Numbered from the whole stretch's first letter, positions 25,190-37,872 are shown. The stretch: DNA of 63,411 bases, filler included, from Reticulomyxa filosa (GCA_000512085.1; 19 parts of 19 records of this genome joined end to end with filler, not necessarily neighbours in it); one strand, 5' to 3'. Notes: generated from the sequence alone by a model not told the origin. Program-made: numbers and translations.

Positions 25190-28100
25190 AAAGAATGAAA
25201 TTTGGAGTCAATAAGAAAGAGCGCAAATTAAAGCCATTGTTTGCAATTGGTAATGTCATGACACGAATGATTGCTTCGGTCCTGGTTGAAAATGGAATTA
25301 AAAATGTAGTAACTTTGGCCCAAAAAAGTCCTGATCACATTCAAAAAATCTTGATGGATAGCAAACCTTTTCAAACAAAAGATGTTTTGTAAAAAAAAAA
25401 TAAAAATAAAAATGTGTAATGTTTTTAATTCTTCCTCCTTTTCGAAATTTTTTTTGCTAGAAATAGAGTGACTCGTTTTGGGACTTGAAAGTGAGATTGA
25501 CGTGACTATATGTAAAAAATAGGAGCAAAAATATGACCGCCACAAGATTAACCCAAGACTAGGCATAACTTTAGTGGAGCTAGCAAAGCAAAAAGCCGAA
25601 ATTGAGCTGAAAAAATTGGAACAAAAAAAGGAAAAGAAGGAGGCAAATAAAAAGGAAGTGATATCGGTGTTGAGTGGGAGTTTGAACCCTATCGTGCGCA
25701 GTCGATTTTCATCTACGACTGATGGCTCCCTTTTTTCACCCAGCCCAAGTAAAGAGGCTAGTCGACAAAAACCTACTGCCCAGCAATTGGAGGGGTTTCA
25801 TTATCCTAAATCCCAACAGGCTGCCTTGTCTTGTCTTGTTACTGATTGGTCTTTGTCTGCAGTTCAATCGCGACACGAAAGTCTTGTAGGACCCCATCCT
25901 GTTTCACACTCTGGAAATGCCAATTTTGTGCAAATCACACCTTCGCAATTGTTTTCTCCGAAAGTAGCAAAGAAAGAACGCAAGAGAATGGACAACAAAG
26001 TCATTGCAGTAACATGCAGTCAAATCCAATTGTGATTAAAGATGATGACGCCAACAAGGACCGTTCAAAACTCGCCCGAATCGGTCACTGTGAGGAAGAT
26101 GCAAACGGTAATGAAAAGTCAAATGATTTTGATATTGTTTGTGATGTTTTAAGAAAAGAAAAGGAGGCGCAACAGACGTTAAAAGCGTTGACTGATTCGA
26201 TTCGACTTTCATGCTCTGGTACGCTGTTACGTGACAAAAGAACACCTGCATTCGATAATGTTACTATTTCTAATGATATGAGAAGTGATAATGAGAGTTA
26301 ATTAAACAAACAAACAAAAAAATGGCAGATTATCTTTTATATATGTATATGTATATAAATGACATTACATAAAAAGGGAAAAGAATGGCATACGATTGCA
26401 CAAAAGAGCAAGCACAAAGTGGTTCTATCTCAACATCAATGAGTTCATCAAAAACAACTTTGACAAAAGAAATGGATACAACATTGGTACGATTTTTTGT
26501 TTTGTTTTGTTACGACAAAAAAAAAAAAAAACATATACAAGCATATAGTTGTTTGTGTTTCTGATTTGCACAGAACTTGTGCATTGGCAAAGACAAAACA
26601 GAGTTGAAAAGTACTTATCAGACCCCAAACTCACCACTGCTTCGAAATGACAATGCAAGCGAAGAGTATGTGACGATACCCCCATTCAAAAAAAGAAAGG
26701 TGATGTGTCCAATCGAAAGCAACAGCGTCAAACGCCCTGCTCTTCCTGATCTTGATCTCCCACCCCTTAACAATTCTTTGAGCTACTGCCAAGCCAGTCC
26801 AAAAGAGTGTGATCTTGAAACCCTTCCATATACTCACAACTGGAGTGCTCACAAGTGCAATCACGAAACAAAACATAACCAATTGGTAAAGTGTATACTC
26901 TTTTTGGAGAAAACAGCATCCTCTATCCAAAACAGACAGGAAGTAACTTCTTGATTGCCTTTTTCCAAACATTAAAGGTAACACCTCAAAAGAGTGAAAT
27001 AGCCAGTGAACATGCTGAAAACAAAGAAGATGAACAGAAAACAGGTGATAAGAGATGCACGATAAAACAACAAGTCATTGACGATATGCAAACCTTGGAT
27101 TGGATGGATAGCAATATAGAATCGCTTTTGTGGGAACAAAAAGTTCCAAAATCGGTTGTCCAAATGGAAAAGCCAGTGTGGATACTGCCAATTGTAATCG
27201 ACGTTTTTGTGAACGAACAAACATATCAAGACTTTGTTCAACTTTGGCATAAGCAAAAGGTTTGTCACCAACAAAAAGTTATTTGTTACAGTTATTATCA
27301 GTTCTCGTTATTGCTTTTGCAATATGCCACTTACAATTATGTAGGCATTTGCGTTTTCATTTTGGGGAAAGCGTAGTCATCTACGTATAAACAATCCTGA
27401 ATTGGAGAGTGCATTTGGGCCTGTTTTTTCAGTTTGCAATCTTTTTTTTTTTTTTTTTTTTAATTGGTTTTGCGTGTGTGTGTGTGCGTGTGTGCATGCA
27501 CGCAATTCAAAGTCAAGCATAAATATCTGAGTTTGAATGCTTGTGCAAAGATAAGTGGCTTGAGTCGAAGTGACATTGGAGGAGTGAGTGTATGTTGGTC
27601 TGGACAACGTTGTTTTGTGATTCCCATAAACCATGTTTCGAGAAAAGCACCCGCTTTTGTTCAAAAAGCAATTATTTGGAGAGATATTGTTACAGGTTGG
27701 TAGATTTTATTTGTTTGTTGGTTTGTTTTTTTCTTTCCAAAATAAATAAATAAATGCAATAGCCTTTGAAGATGCCAGCATTGTTAAAATGGGATATAAT
27801 TGCAAACTCCAATTGCAGATATTAAAAAAAATCGGCATTAGTGTGAAAGGCCAAATTTGGGATTTGCGAATCGCACATTGGGCTTTGGACCCCGATTATT
27901 CACGTGACTTCCTGCCTTGTGTGAATACGATATTTACATTGTGGTATTCCGATATTACGCAAGCGCAAGAGGCGAGCAAAAGAATCGATTGCAATCGACC
28001 ACTCGAAGATCAACTACCGACCATACCGTTCGAAACAAATTCACTCAGCCATATGGCAAGGTCTCACGGCTTGGAGAGTTGGCAAATTTTTTTGTCAATG

Positions 28101-31053
28101 GGCCGCATTTTGACTGCACTTCGTCGTCGTGGATTGCTACGGTGTGTTTTGATTTGTATTAGCCATTGCAAATATTTTAAATTGCAATTGCATTTTATTG
28201 TTATTATATTTTTATTTTGTTAAATCGACCTTTTAAAAACAAAACAAAAAAAGAGCATTTTTGTACGTGGAGTCACCCCTTTCGCAAGTGTTGGCAGATA
28301 TGGAATGGTATGGCATTGGATTTTGTTCGAAGACAGCTCGGCAGTACCAAAGTGAATTAGAAATCAAAATCGAGTGTCTTGTGAAAAGGGCACACCAATT
28401 GGCGGGAAAAGAGTTCAATTTGTCGTTCCCAGCAGAGTGCAGTCAAATTTTGTTTGATGTGTTAAAGTTGCCCGTTCCTGATAGTGCCAAACGTCTGTTC
28501 CAACAAAAAAAACAGCTGTTTCAAAATTCAAAATATTCCTCATCAAAAAGTCGTGTTCAGATGGATCATTGGCCATGTCCCAAAGAGGTTTTGGAAGATT
28601 TGATGCCACATCATCCTATTGTCTCTTGCATTTTGGTTTGTTTGTGAAAATCAAACCAATGCCATCAAATTTCTTAAAGTGTCTGGTGTATACGTTTTCT
28701 TTAAATAATACATATATATATTTTTGTGTGTATGTATTTTCATTTTGTTTTGGATGCCATAGGAACACAGAATATTGACCAAATTTATTGGGAGTTATAT
28801 TAAACCTTTAGTCGAGCAGACAAAATTGGACAAATGGTCTGTTCACGTCTGTGCTTTGTTTGAGGAGTTGAAGTGTGTGTTGAGTATCTTGCTGTTTTTT
28901 TTTTTTGTATTGATTAGTTATCATATTGAGAGATTGCATCCGTCAGTGCAACACGTTAAGGTGGGAACAGGACGGTTATTTATGGTTTGGCCAAACTTGC
29001 AGTGTGTCAACAAAAGAATCAATTTTGATCCAGTTACACTGCATCTGGCATTGTTTGAATGGGCAATGATAATGATATTATGTTTTTTTGTTGTTATTGG
29101 GATCGCAAAAGAAGCAATAAGAATCTTGTATACGTACACGTGTTTAAAAAAAAAAAAGATAAAACGCTATTCGGTTTTGGAAGAGGAAATGTGCGGTGGG
29201 GATGTTTGCAATCTTGTTTCACGATTACGTACAAATGAAAGTGCCGAACAATTGCACGTAATTGTGGCCCATTCGGCAGAAGCAACAAAATTTGAAACTA
29301 GTGATGACGTTATGATGTGTGACCGAGTAGTTGACGCGGATCATTTCGGAACACACAGCTTTGGAACGCTTGTTGCTGTACATTCAGTTGATATTTTTGA
29401 TGTTTATGTTTTCAAAGTTCAAACCAAACCTCTTTAGCACTAAGAAAAAACAAAAATAAAATGCATGACAGTCGAATGATAAAAAGACGATCCAATGTGA
29501 GATTCGAATTGGAAACACTTATGCATGTCAATTGAGTGATATCTCCAAGAAGAGGAAGAAACGTTGTCATTCAAACAACGCAGAGAAAAGTAGAAAGCTG
29601 CAGTCTACCTGTTCATCAACTCAAAAAGAGTCAAATAACGGGGAGCATCGTGTCCACGTGTTTCCAGGAGATCAGGTATGGAGACTGTGCGCATTTGAAA
29701 AAATGGTTAAGGTTGACGAGAAGCTTGTCCCAAACCCACCGGTTGATGATTCACAAAAATGTTATCCCTTTCGTCCTGTCACTTTCGCTCCTCGGTCGGT
29801 ATTGAGTTGTTTTTTTTTGTCTGTGGAAGTTCTGTACAAATGCAATGATATAATTCACTCATAGAGATGCGTTTATTACTCCACCAGGCTATCTCTTTTT
29901 ATCGGCGGATTACGCACAAATTGAGTTGAGAATGGTACTGTTGGAGAATAGAATTGTTCATACATTTATTTACTTATTTTCTCATTTCTGTGCTGTTATT
30001 TGGCACGTGCATGCATCTGTTTTCAATTGTATTTTCATGTAACAACAAATGGATAGTTAGCTCATTTTGCTCAAGATCAAAATTTAATAAAAGCAATGAA
30101 AGCTGACATCGATGTTTTGAAAGACGTGGCTTCACAAATCTTCAATAAGCAGTACAGCCAAGTTATTGTTGATGTGCACTAAGTAGATTCTCTCAATTGT
30201 CTTTTGTCATCTTTTCAAAAAAAGACAAATAAATTGAGTCAAATCTATTATCTTTTTTGCGTGTTGTGATTAGGTGAGCTCAGAAGAGAGACAACGTGCC
30301 AAGTCTGTATTGTACGGAATGCTATATGGTCAATCAATACAATCAATGGCACAAGATCTAAAAATAAAATCGGACGAGGCTTTAAGTATTATGTCCAAGT
30401 TTAAATTGAAATATCCCAAATCTGCATCGTGCTTGGAAGACGTTATCTTGAAGTGTCGCGCAAATGGTTTTGTTAGGAGTTTATTAAATCGTCAGAGGTT
30501 TTTCAAACACATTATGTCTGATAATAATATGCTACGTTTACAAGCCGAGCGTAGCGCAGTTAATACACTCTGCCAATCTTCAGCTGCTGATGTGATTAAG
30601 TGTGCAATGGTCAAAATTCATTCCGATTTGATCGCAATGGAGTCAATGCTCGACCTTCGGCAGGGAGATAGGAACTGTCATTACAATACATCATTTAGAA
30701 CCACATCGTTTCAGCGCTATCCCAATCGAATTGCTAGATTGGTGTTACAAATTCACGATGAATTATTATTTGAAGTCAAATCTGAGTATTTACCAAAAGT
30801 AGCAGTTACATCAATACTATGCTTTTCATCAATTTTTTTCTCGTAGTTCAGATCCTCAAAATACTATAGTTTTTTTCGAATGTATTTGCAGGAAATAATT
30901 AAGAATAACATGGAAAATTGTTTGAAGTTGCACGTACCATTAAAAGCTCGTCTTCAAATAGGCAAATCTTGGGGAGATTTGAAAATGTACAAACCTTCCA
31001 TGAAAGATATGAAAAATGATGAAATGCAATTTAAAGCAGCATCAACTGAGTGA
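20877..31053 (+). CDS. POLQ: DNA polymerase theta (HEL308-type helicase + family A polymerase), about 25 exons
   Basis: Helicase motifs: LYDWQVECL, APTGGGKT, LPFVS, TIEKAN, DEMH, RGYILELLLTK, GLSATLPN, VAFHHAGL, TSTLAAGVNLPA, QMAGRAGRPG. Polymerase motifs: TGRL..PNLQ, ADYAQIELR (motif A), RQRAKSVLYGMLYG (motif B), AERSAVNTLCQSSAAD, LQIHDELLFEV (motif C), GKSWG. Stop at 31051-31053. A few homopolymer frameshifts are present. Confidence 0.95.
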
Positions 31054-31704
31054 AACATAATTAAAAATATTGAGAGACCAAATTATTTGATAATACGCTT
31101 CCATTGCACTGAAAAAAAATAATACCGGTCATCTGCAAAGAAAAGTTTGTGCAATTTTTCATAGTTGCAGTGACAGAGAAAGTATTGTCTTCTGTTTAAC
31201 AAGTACTCTTCTGACAATGTGATTGGACTAAAATTGTATTCAATAACATAAATTTTTAGCGACTAAATTGATAATATGGGATTTAAATCAAGCATTTGAA
31301 TTTTTGTTCTCCGTTTGAAGACATTTCGGTATTTCCTTAACATAATTATTACAAAGTTCAATGAATGCATTCTATAAAATGGTAAAACTGACATTGTTGT
31401 CCATCGTGATTTCCAGCTTTTAAAAATTCTGTCACAAAGAAATTAATTTGCTCTTCCAAATATTCTTGCTATATCTTTATTGTTCACAATACCGAATAAG
31501 TGATATTTTTTTATTTGAAGTTTAATATAATTATAAATTATGCATTTTAAAAGAGAAAATTGGAAAGTAATATATTTAAATTAACTTGCCAAACTGTTTA
31601 TATTCTTTTTCATCTTTTATCATCATTTAGTTAATTCTATCTTTCAAATTTTGAAACTTGTCTGTACTTGGCTTTGGAATTTAAAAATTACAAATTTATA
31701 TGTA

Positions 31705-31883
31705 CATTGGGTTGCAAAAAAAACTGAACACCGAAAATGCCACCTTATGAAGATGATAGATTTTTTTTAAAAAAATTAGCTTTAAATGTTTATTTTTCAT
31801 TAAGAAAATCTATCTACAAGTCTTGTAGTTTTTAAATATGATATTGATTTTTGAATAACTTTTTTTTAGGTTGGAGAAAAATA
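31705..31883 (+). mobile_element. Diverged Tc1-family MITE left end
   Basis: TA|CATTGGGTTGCAAAAAAAACTGAACACCGAAAATGCCACCTTATGAAGATGATAGATTTT and the downstream TATCTACAAGTCTTGTAGTTTTTAAATAT align with the other TIR copies. Confidence 0.65.
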
Positions 31884-31983
31884 NNNNNNNNNNNNNNNNN
31901 NNNNNNNNNNNNNNNNNNNNNNNNNNNTTAATTAATTAANNNNNNNNNNNNNNNNNNNNNNNNNNNNNNNNNNNNNNNNNNNN

Positions 31984-32646
31984 TGGACTCGGAAGTAAAG
32001 AAAGACGGCGTGAGCAAAAGCAAAGTGGCGATGGCGATGATGAATCTCCAAGAGACGGAGAACGAAACGAACAGCAATACCACCAAAGTGTTGCAATCGA
32101 AATTCGTGCTGAAAAAACTGCCTGTGGATATCGAATACCAATCGTCGAGCGAAATCAAACTCAAGGAAAACCCAAAGTTTGGAGTGGAAAAGCTGGAATG
32201 GAGTCCAAACAGTCGCTTTCTTGCTTTTGTGAATGACAACATGGCCAAATACGTTTGGATTTGGGACATGAAGTGTTTGTGCTTGCACTCGGTGCTGAAA
32301 CATCTCTCACCTGTTTTGCAACTCCTGTGGACCGGTAACGAACACTCTTCTAATCAACTCGCGAGTTGTTGCAATCAACGCGACCAATTGTACTTGTGGA
32401 ATAAAAAAGGAGCTGTTGTCATTCGAGTCCTTGCATGTTATTATTTGCTTATTATATACCTATTCATATACATTTATATACATACATGTATATACGTATA
32501 TGTGTATGTACATACACATTGTTGTATTTGAACTCTTCATAGCACGCTTTGTCGTTCGTCAAATGTATGCTCAACCTAATAATGAGTGTATTTGCTTGGT
32601 TGATAATGGACATTTTTGTTGCTGTTATGATTTCAACTTTGAGTGA
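31984..32646 (+). CDS. WRAP73: WD40 protein WRAP73/WDR8 homolog, 3' end
   Basis: NPKFGVEKLEWSPNSRFLAFVNDNMAKYVWIWDM...LHSVLKHLSPV..LLW...LYLW matches the remembered WRAP73 C-terminal block (NPKIGIG.LAFSPDS.FLAT.NDN.PNAVWVWD...AVLEQLSPV). Confidence 0.75.
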
Positions 32647-32833
32647 ATCGTGTGTTTTTTTTCTCTGCTTGTTTATGTATTTGGTTTCATTTATTTAAGA
32701 TAACATTTCAAAGATATTTTTAAAGTTAGAATTTCTTGCAACATAAAAATTTTTTGTCTAATGTTGAAGCTTTCCTGCCTCATTATCTTGCCATCATGGT
32801 ATTAGTACAACATAGGATCTATTTTTTAGCAAG

Positions 32834-34111
32834 ATGCCGCACCTTTTTACTTGGGGATTTTGCTTAACATGGACGATATAAACATACTATTCTCGTGATT
32901 GAAAACGTTCCTCGAGCGTGCGAGTAAAAAGATACGCTTGCACTCAAAACGAAGACTGCATCTGCACAATCGTCGAGCAAACAAGACTACTCATTTCTTT
33001 GACAATCGGCGTTGAAGTTTTTTTAAATTTTTTTTTGGTTTTTTTTATTAAAAGTTCAATGTGTCACATGATAAAATGCGACAATCTTTAAAACTCTTTC
33101 TGGTTGTAAGGACAATCTTTTGCATTTATCTGTTATCTCTTCAATGTTTTGCACAACAGGGCGTTATTTGCAGTTGCGCACTTTTTTTGTTTCCTCGTTT
33201 TTTTTGCCGCCTTTGAAAACTTCTAGGAAAAAAACTTGGAAGTGTACCTTGGACGAAAAAAAGGGGGGGGAGAGGAGGAATATCAAACAAAAAACAGAAC
33301 ACTATATAAAAAAATTGTACCTCAGAAAATGAACGTGACAGTAATTGCCATGGGCAAACATTAAAGAGTTTTGGTGATTATTTATTGTGTTCGGGAGCAG
33401 AATCATATAGCATTAGTAATATAATATGTTAGACAAATCAATGCATTAACTGTGATTGTAGCAAATTGTTATGTTTTTTTTTTGTCACTATTGTAGTTTT
33501 TTTTTTTTTGATTGTACAGAAGAGAGGTGAGCTGAACAAAAAAAGAAATTGTATAATGCAAAGAAAACAGATGTGAAGGCAGCACTTTTCATGTAAAGTC
33601 GAAGGGAGCTGAATGTGCGATAGCTTGTTCATCCAACCAATCGTGATTTATTCCAGCAGTGCCAACATTATTTGCTCTGGAAAAGATACATGCGATGGAA
33701 TGAAGGTCATTGTTGCCCATCCTTCAGGTTTGCTTTAGCACTTACTTTACATACCCAACTATACGTTTGTTACTAGAGGGGGAGTGCTTATGTATACTTG
33801 TTTTTTTTAAAAAAATGTTTCTGCATGATTTTTTTTTCTTTTTAATTTTTTTATTTTATATTAGTTTATTGTCATACAAAAAAAAGGGACTGTAAAATAT
33901 TGGAATTGCTTGGGTGAAAGTAGCTGTTCAAACATTGAGTGGGATTGCAATGGCATGTGTACGCTGCATTGCAAAAATTGGATGGGATTGGCAGGTGATA
34001 GTTGTGAACATATGCAATTGACTTGTCGCGGCAAGAGTGTCTGTCGTTTTCCACTGTTACGCATGTGCTCAGAAGATGATAGTACCGTCGCTGACGACAG
34101 CAATGTGTTTG
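32834..34111 (+). pseudogene. Degenerate Cys-rich (C-x-G-x-x-S/T-C repeat) secreted protein
   Basis: Fragments LCSGAESY, ICSGKDTCDGM, NCLGESSCSNI, GDSCEHM and TCRGKSVC, with in-frame stops and a frameshift (e.g. TGA at ~33643). Confidence 0.5.
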
Positions 34112-34211
34112 NNNNNNNNNNNNNNNNNNNNNNNNNNNNNNNNNNNNNNNNNNNNTTAATTAATTAANNNNNNNNNNNNNNNNNNNNNNNNNNNNNNNNN
34201 NNNNNNNNNNN

Positions 34212-35191
34212 ACAACAACAAATACCTCAAGGTAATATAAATGTGCAGGCAGTCAATCCAATGTTACTGCCTCCACATTTGATCAAATCAAAGAGATAGT
34301 TGCTGGTAATTGATCTAGACGAAACGATGGTGTTCACGAGTTTTGACGTTTAGCTTGGATTTTTGGATCTGTTAATTTATTTGTCGATATTCACGTATTG
34401 TATGTTTTATGGACAGAATATGCATTAAAAAAAATGTACACGCACAAATAATAATAATAAATAGAAATTGGACAAACCAGACATGGTGATAAATGGAATG
34501 GACGATTCTGGAAGAAAAGGAAAAGTGTATGTTAAAAAGCACCCATTTCTGGACCGCTTTTTATTGGAATGTAATAAAAAATACGATATAATCGTATTCA
34601 CTGCCTCTGGAATGCCGTATGCCAATGCTGCATTAGACCAGGTTGACGAGCATTGCGTCATCTTGCATCGATTGTTTGGCGACAGCACAACAAAACTTGG
34701 TAACGGCAGATAAATCAAAATTTCATCCATTTCTTTTTTTTTAAATATAATTTTGCACGTACTTTTGCATACATTAGAAAATGATAATGTTTGTTTGTGT
34801 GATTGTGGATTGAACATATCGAAGGATCTAAGTCGACTTGGCAAGCCGTTGGATGCAATATTTTTAGTTGACTACACCCCAAGCGCATATGCGGGGCAGA
34901 CGAACGCAGTCCACATTGGCAAGTTTACTGGATGAACGCGACGAACAGGTTTCTATTGCAAACATATTCACACATTCAAATATATTTTTTAAAAAAAAAG
35001 AAATAATTTGTATTTGCACAATTTGATCTAACGTATTGTGTACTTGTATGTAATAGCTCAATAGATTGCTACCAGTGCTTTTAACGACACTGGACAAAGC
35101 TACTGGCGTGATAGAAGTATTGGACGCAAGGCAATCATTTGAGTGGCTGTATGACAATGCAGCACTAGATGGAAAACCTGTCAGGTATTAA
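34212..35191 (+). pseudogene. FCP1/SCP (NIF-domain) HAD phosphatase pseudogene
   Basis: LLPP, LVIDLDETMV (DxDxT), YVKKHPFLDRFL, VFTASGMPYANAALD, LHRLF, KDLSRLGKPL and FLVD. In-frame TAG at ~34297 and further disruptions near 34930. Confidence 0.8.
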
Positions 35192-35218
35192 TTCTATTTT
35201 AGTACATATATACAAATA

Positions 35219-35567
35219 CAGTATATTGCAAAAAAGACTGACATAACCAAACGGCAATAAAATGTTTCAATATTTTAAATATCAAAATTTTAAAATGCTA
35301 ATTAAAAATATCAACAATAAAGAAAATTATAAAAAAAAATTTAATATTTAAAAAATACAATATTAGTATATATTTTTTAAAAAATTAGTTTTAAATTTTT
35401 ATTTTTCATGGAGAAAATCGATTTTATNNNNNNNNNNNNNNNNNNNNNNNNNNNNNNNNNNNNNNNNNNNNTTAATTAATTAANNNNNNNNNNNNNNNNN
35501 NNNNNNNNNNNNNNNNNNNNNNNNNNNAGTGCCATTTAGGTATGGCAGTTTTTTTTGCAATCTACTG
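35219..35567. mobile_element. Tc1-family MITE with TA target-site duplication, interrupted by a linker
   Basis: Left end TA|CAGTATATTGCAAAAAAGACTG; right end CAGTTTTTTTTGCAATCTACTG|TA. The interior matches the 37200-37320 region. Confidence 0.7.
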
Positions 35568-35694
35568 TACTCTTTGCTTTGTCTACATACATTATTAGTT
35601 TTTTGCCTTTTTTGTCTAAAGCCAAACAAGTCAAGTTAATTCAAAAGCATAAGAACTGAAAATTTTTTTGTAGTAATATTTTTTTTAGTGAAAA

Positions 35695-36315
35695 TTACCA
35701 TTTGTTAAATCACCTTTTGCCTTTGTACTGCTTGTATTTGCTCTAGCATTAATTAAATTAATTTTGTGCAAGTTTTTTTTGTCAATTTTTTCACATTCTA
35801 ATTCAAATTGTTTCCGAAGTTTTTCTTTTGATCATTTATATATTTTTTTGTTTTCACTATCTACTACAGATTTTCGATTGTGTTCAGGTCTGGAAAATTT
35901 GGATGGAAATCCAATAATTTGATAGCATTTTTCAAACAATTTTTTTACTGTAATTGCTTTGTGTCTTGTGGCATTATCTTGATGAAATGTTCAATCTTCA
36001 TTATCTTCTAAACGCCAATCAATGCTTTTGAGCATTTCGTCACATAGAATTTCTTTGTAAATATCAGCATTGACACCTAAATCAATTTTACACGTATAAC
36101 TAGATCCTAACATTCTAAAGCAAGGATACACAAATTCGTTATTGTACTTTTAACGAACGCAATTTTCTTGGTTTCTTCTCGATAAGTTTTTTAGTCTTGA
36201 CGTCAGCTTCTATTTAATCACATATTCATGACTTACACGAAATTTTTTTGCAACGTTGCGCAAACTCCAACACTGACTCAAGTCATTTGTTAAAATCCTC
36301 AATTAATTTGGCCAT
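35695..36315 (-). mobile_element. Decayed Tc1-like (DD34E) transposase
   Basis: The reverse strand reads WSLRNVAKKFRVS (HTH), VNADIYKEIL, FHQDNATRHKA, LDFHPNFPDLNTIENL and a C-terminal AKGDLT (Tc1 AKGGPTKY-like). It has stops, frameshifts and an internal deletion. Confidence 0.85.
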
Positions 36316-36856
36316 TTTAAAAAAAAAATGATTAATAAACTAAAATATCGAATTATACTGAGCTAAAAAAAAAGAAAAATAAAGTACAAGATATTAAATA
36401 ATTATGAAAGATGTAGCAAAAAACCAAAGTTTGCACTAGCAAGAGGACAAGAATATGCAGAATATTGCAATGAAGAGAATAAAACCGTTTGATGATATGT
36501 TAATGCAAGCGCTTCTGTAAGTACTACATGGACTAGCAAGACACATAGTATTGAGCAAAGAGCCGAAGACATTACTAGAAACGGAAAGGGCACTCCAAGA
36601 AAGCCAAAGCAGATTCAAATATGAAATAAGAGCAAAATGTTAGTCTTGAACGAATTAGTTAATTAATAAAAATTTAGACAAAGTATTCAAATATGGTGAT
36701 ATACACGAAGACAGCGTGAGACAGAATGTGAAAGGCATTTCAAACAAAATATCATAATAATAGTAATATAACATATAAAAATAAAACAAAACATTAAACA
36801 ATACAAATTCAAATACAAACTGAAGAATTATGAGCCGTACAGTACGATTCGAAATA

Positions 36857-37367
36857 AAGTATAATGCAAAATAAAGTTAACACATAAAACAGCATCTTAG
36901 ATATTATTGATTTTCTTCATGAAAAAACAACAATATTCAGACTTAATTTTTAAAAAATATCTACAAATCGTGTAGTTTTTAATTCTCATTTTGGTTTTTT
37001 GTTAAATATGTACTAATTACTTCAACATTTCGTCCTTTATTTTTTTTAGCTCAGTATATTTTGCCAACTTCTTTTTTAAGCATTTTCATAAAGTGCCAAA
37101 TACGTAGATATGTAAAAAAAAATAAGAATGATTAAAAACAAGTATCGAATTTCATGGTTACGACACATTCAAGATTGTCAACTTTTTCTCAAAAAAATTA
37201 ATTAAATATTCAAATTTTAAACAATTTTGAAAGATGTAATAATGATATTTAAAAACTATAACATTTATGTATATTTTAAAAAAATTTGATTAAATATTGT
37301 TTTTTCATGGAGAAAATCAATCATCTTCATAAAGTGCCATTTTATGTGTCAACTTTTTATTCTACTG
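36857..37367. mobile_element. Complete ~510-bp Tc1-derived MITE with ~130-bp imperfect TIRs
   Basis: 36857-36990 and 37240-37367 are inverted repeats; ends are TA|AAGTATAATGCA and ATTCTACTG|TA. Interior 37036-37058 (TTTTTTTTAGCTCAGTATA) matches the sequence upstream of the transposase ATG at 36315. Confidence 0.8.
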
Positions 37368-37872
37368 TATTTTCTTGAATTTTATTCCTACGTACACATA
37401 TAACAAAAAGCTTGTCTTATAAACTTTTTTTAAACAATATTAAAAGAATACCAAATAAAAATGTCGTTCATACAACATACGAGACTGTTGGAGGTTAAAA
37501 CATGTATGCAGTAGCATTGTTGATATTCTCATTTTTATTTGATAGTTTGTGCAAGGTTTCACTCTGCGTCTTCCTATTTTCCGTACCAAAGGTTTTTTTT
37601 TCATTAGTTGGTGAAAATGATGCATTGAACATAGAAGTACTCTAAAAAGGTTAGATCCAAGTGAATGCAAGCTGCTATTTAAATTTTCGCTTTGATCCGC
37701 ATGTATTGTTCAAGTTTGCTCAACGCGTTTTTAGTTTTTTTTGTTATTAATTTCAAATAATGCATGTTAAGAAGGATAAATATTCACCTTTGTTGTGCTA
37801 ATGAAGATGCTTAGGGCATTCATTTATGTTGAATTCTTCTTAACAAAAAAAAACTCGCCTCCCCCTGAAGAC

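Noticed and set aside
34295-34300. Stop-codon reassignment suggested by in-frame TAG here and near 5787
   Set aside because: Both loci have additional disruptions, and long intact exons (POLQ, RNF213-like, kinase) contain no in-frame stops; pseudogenisation is simpler.
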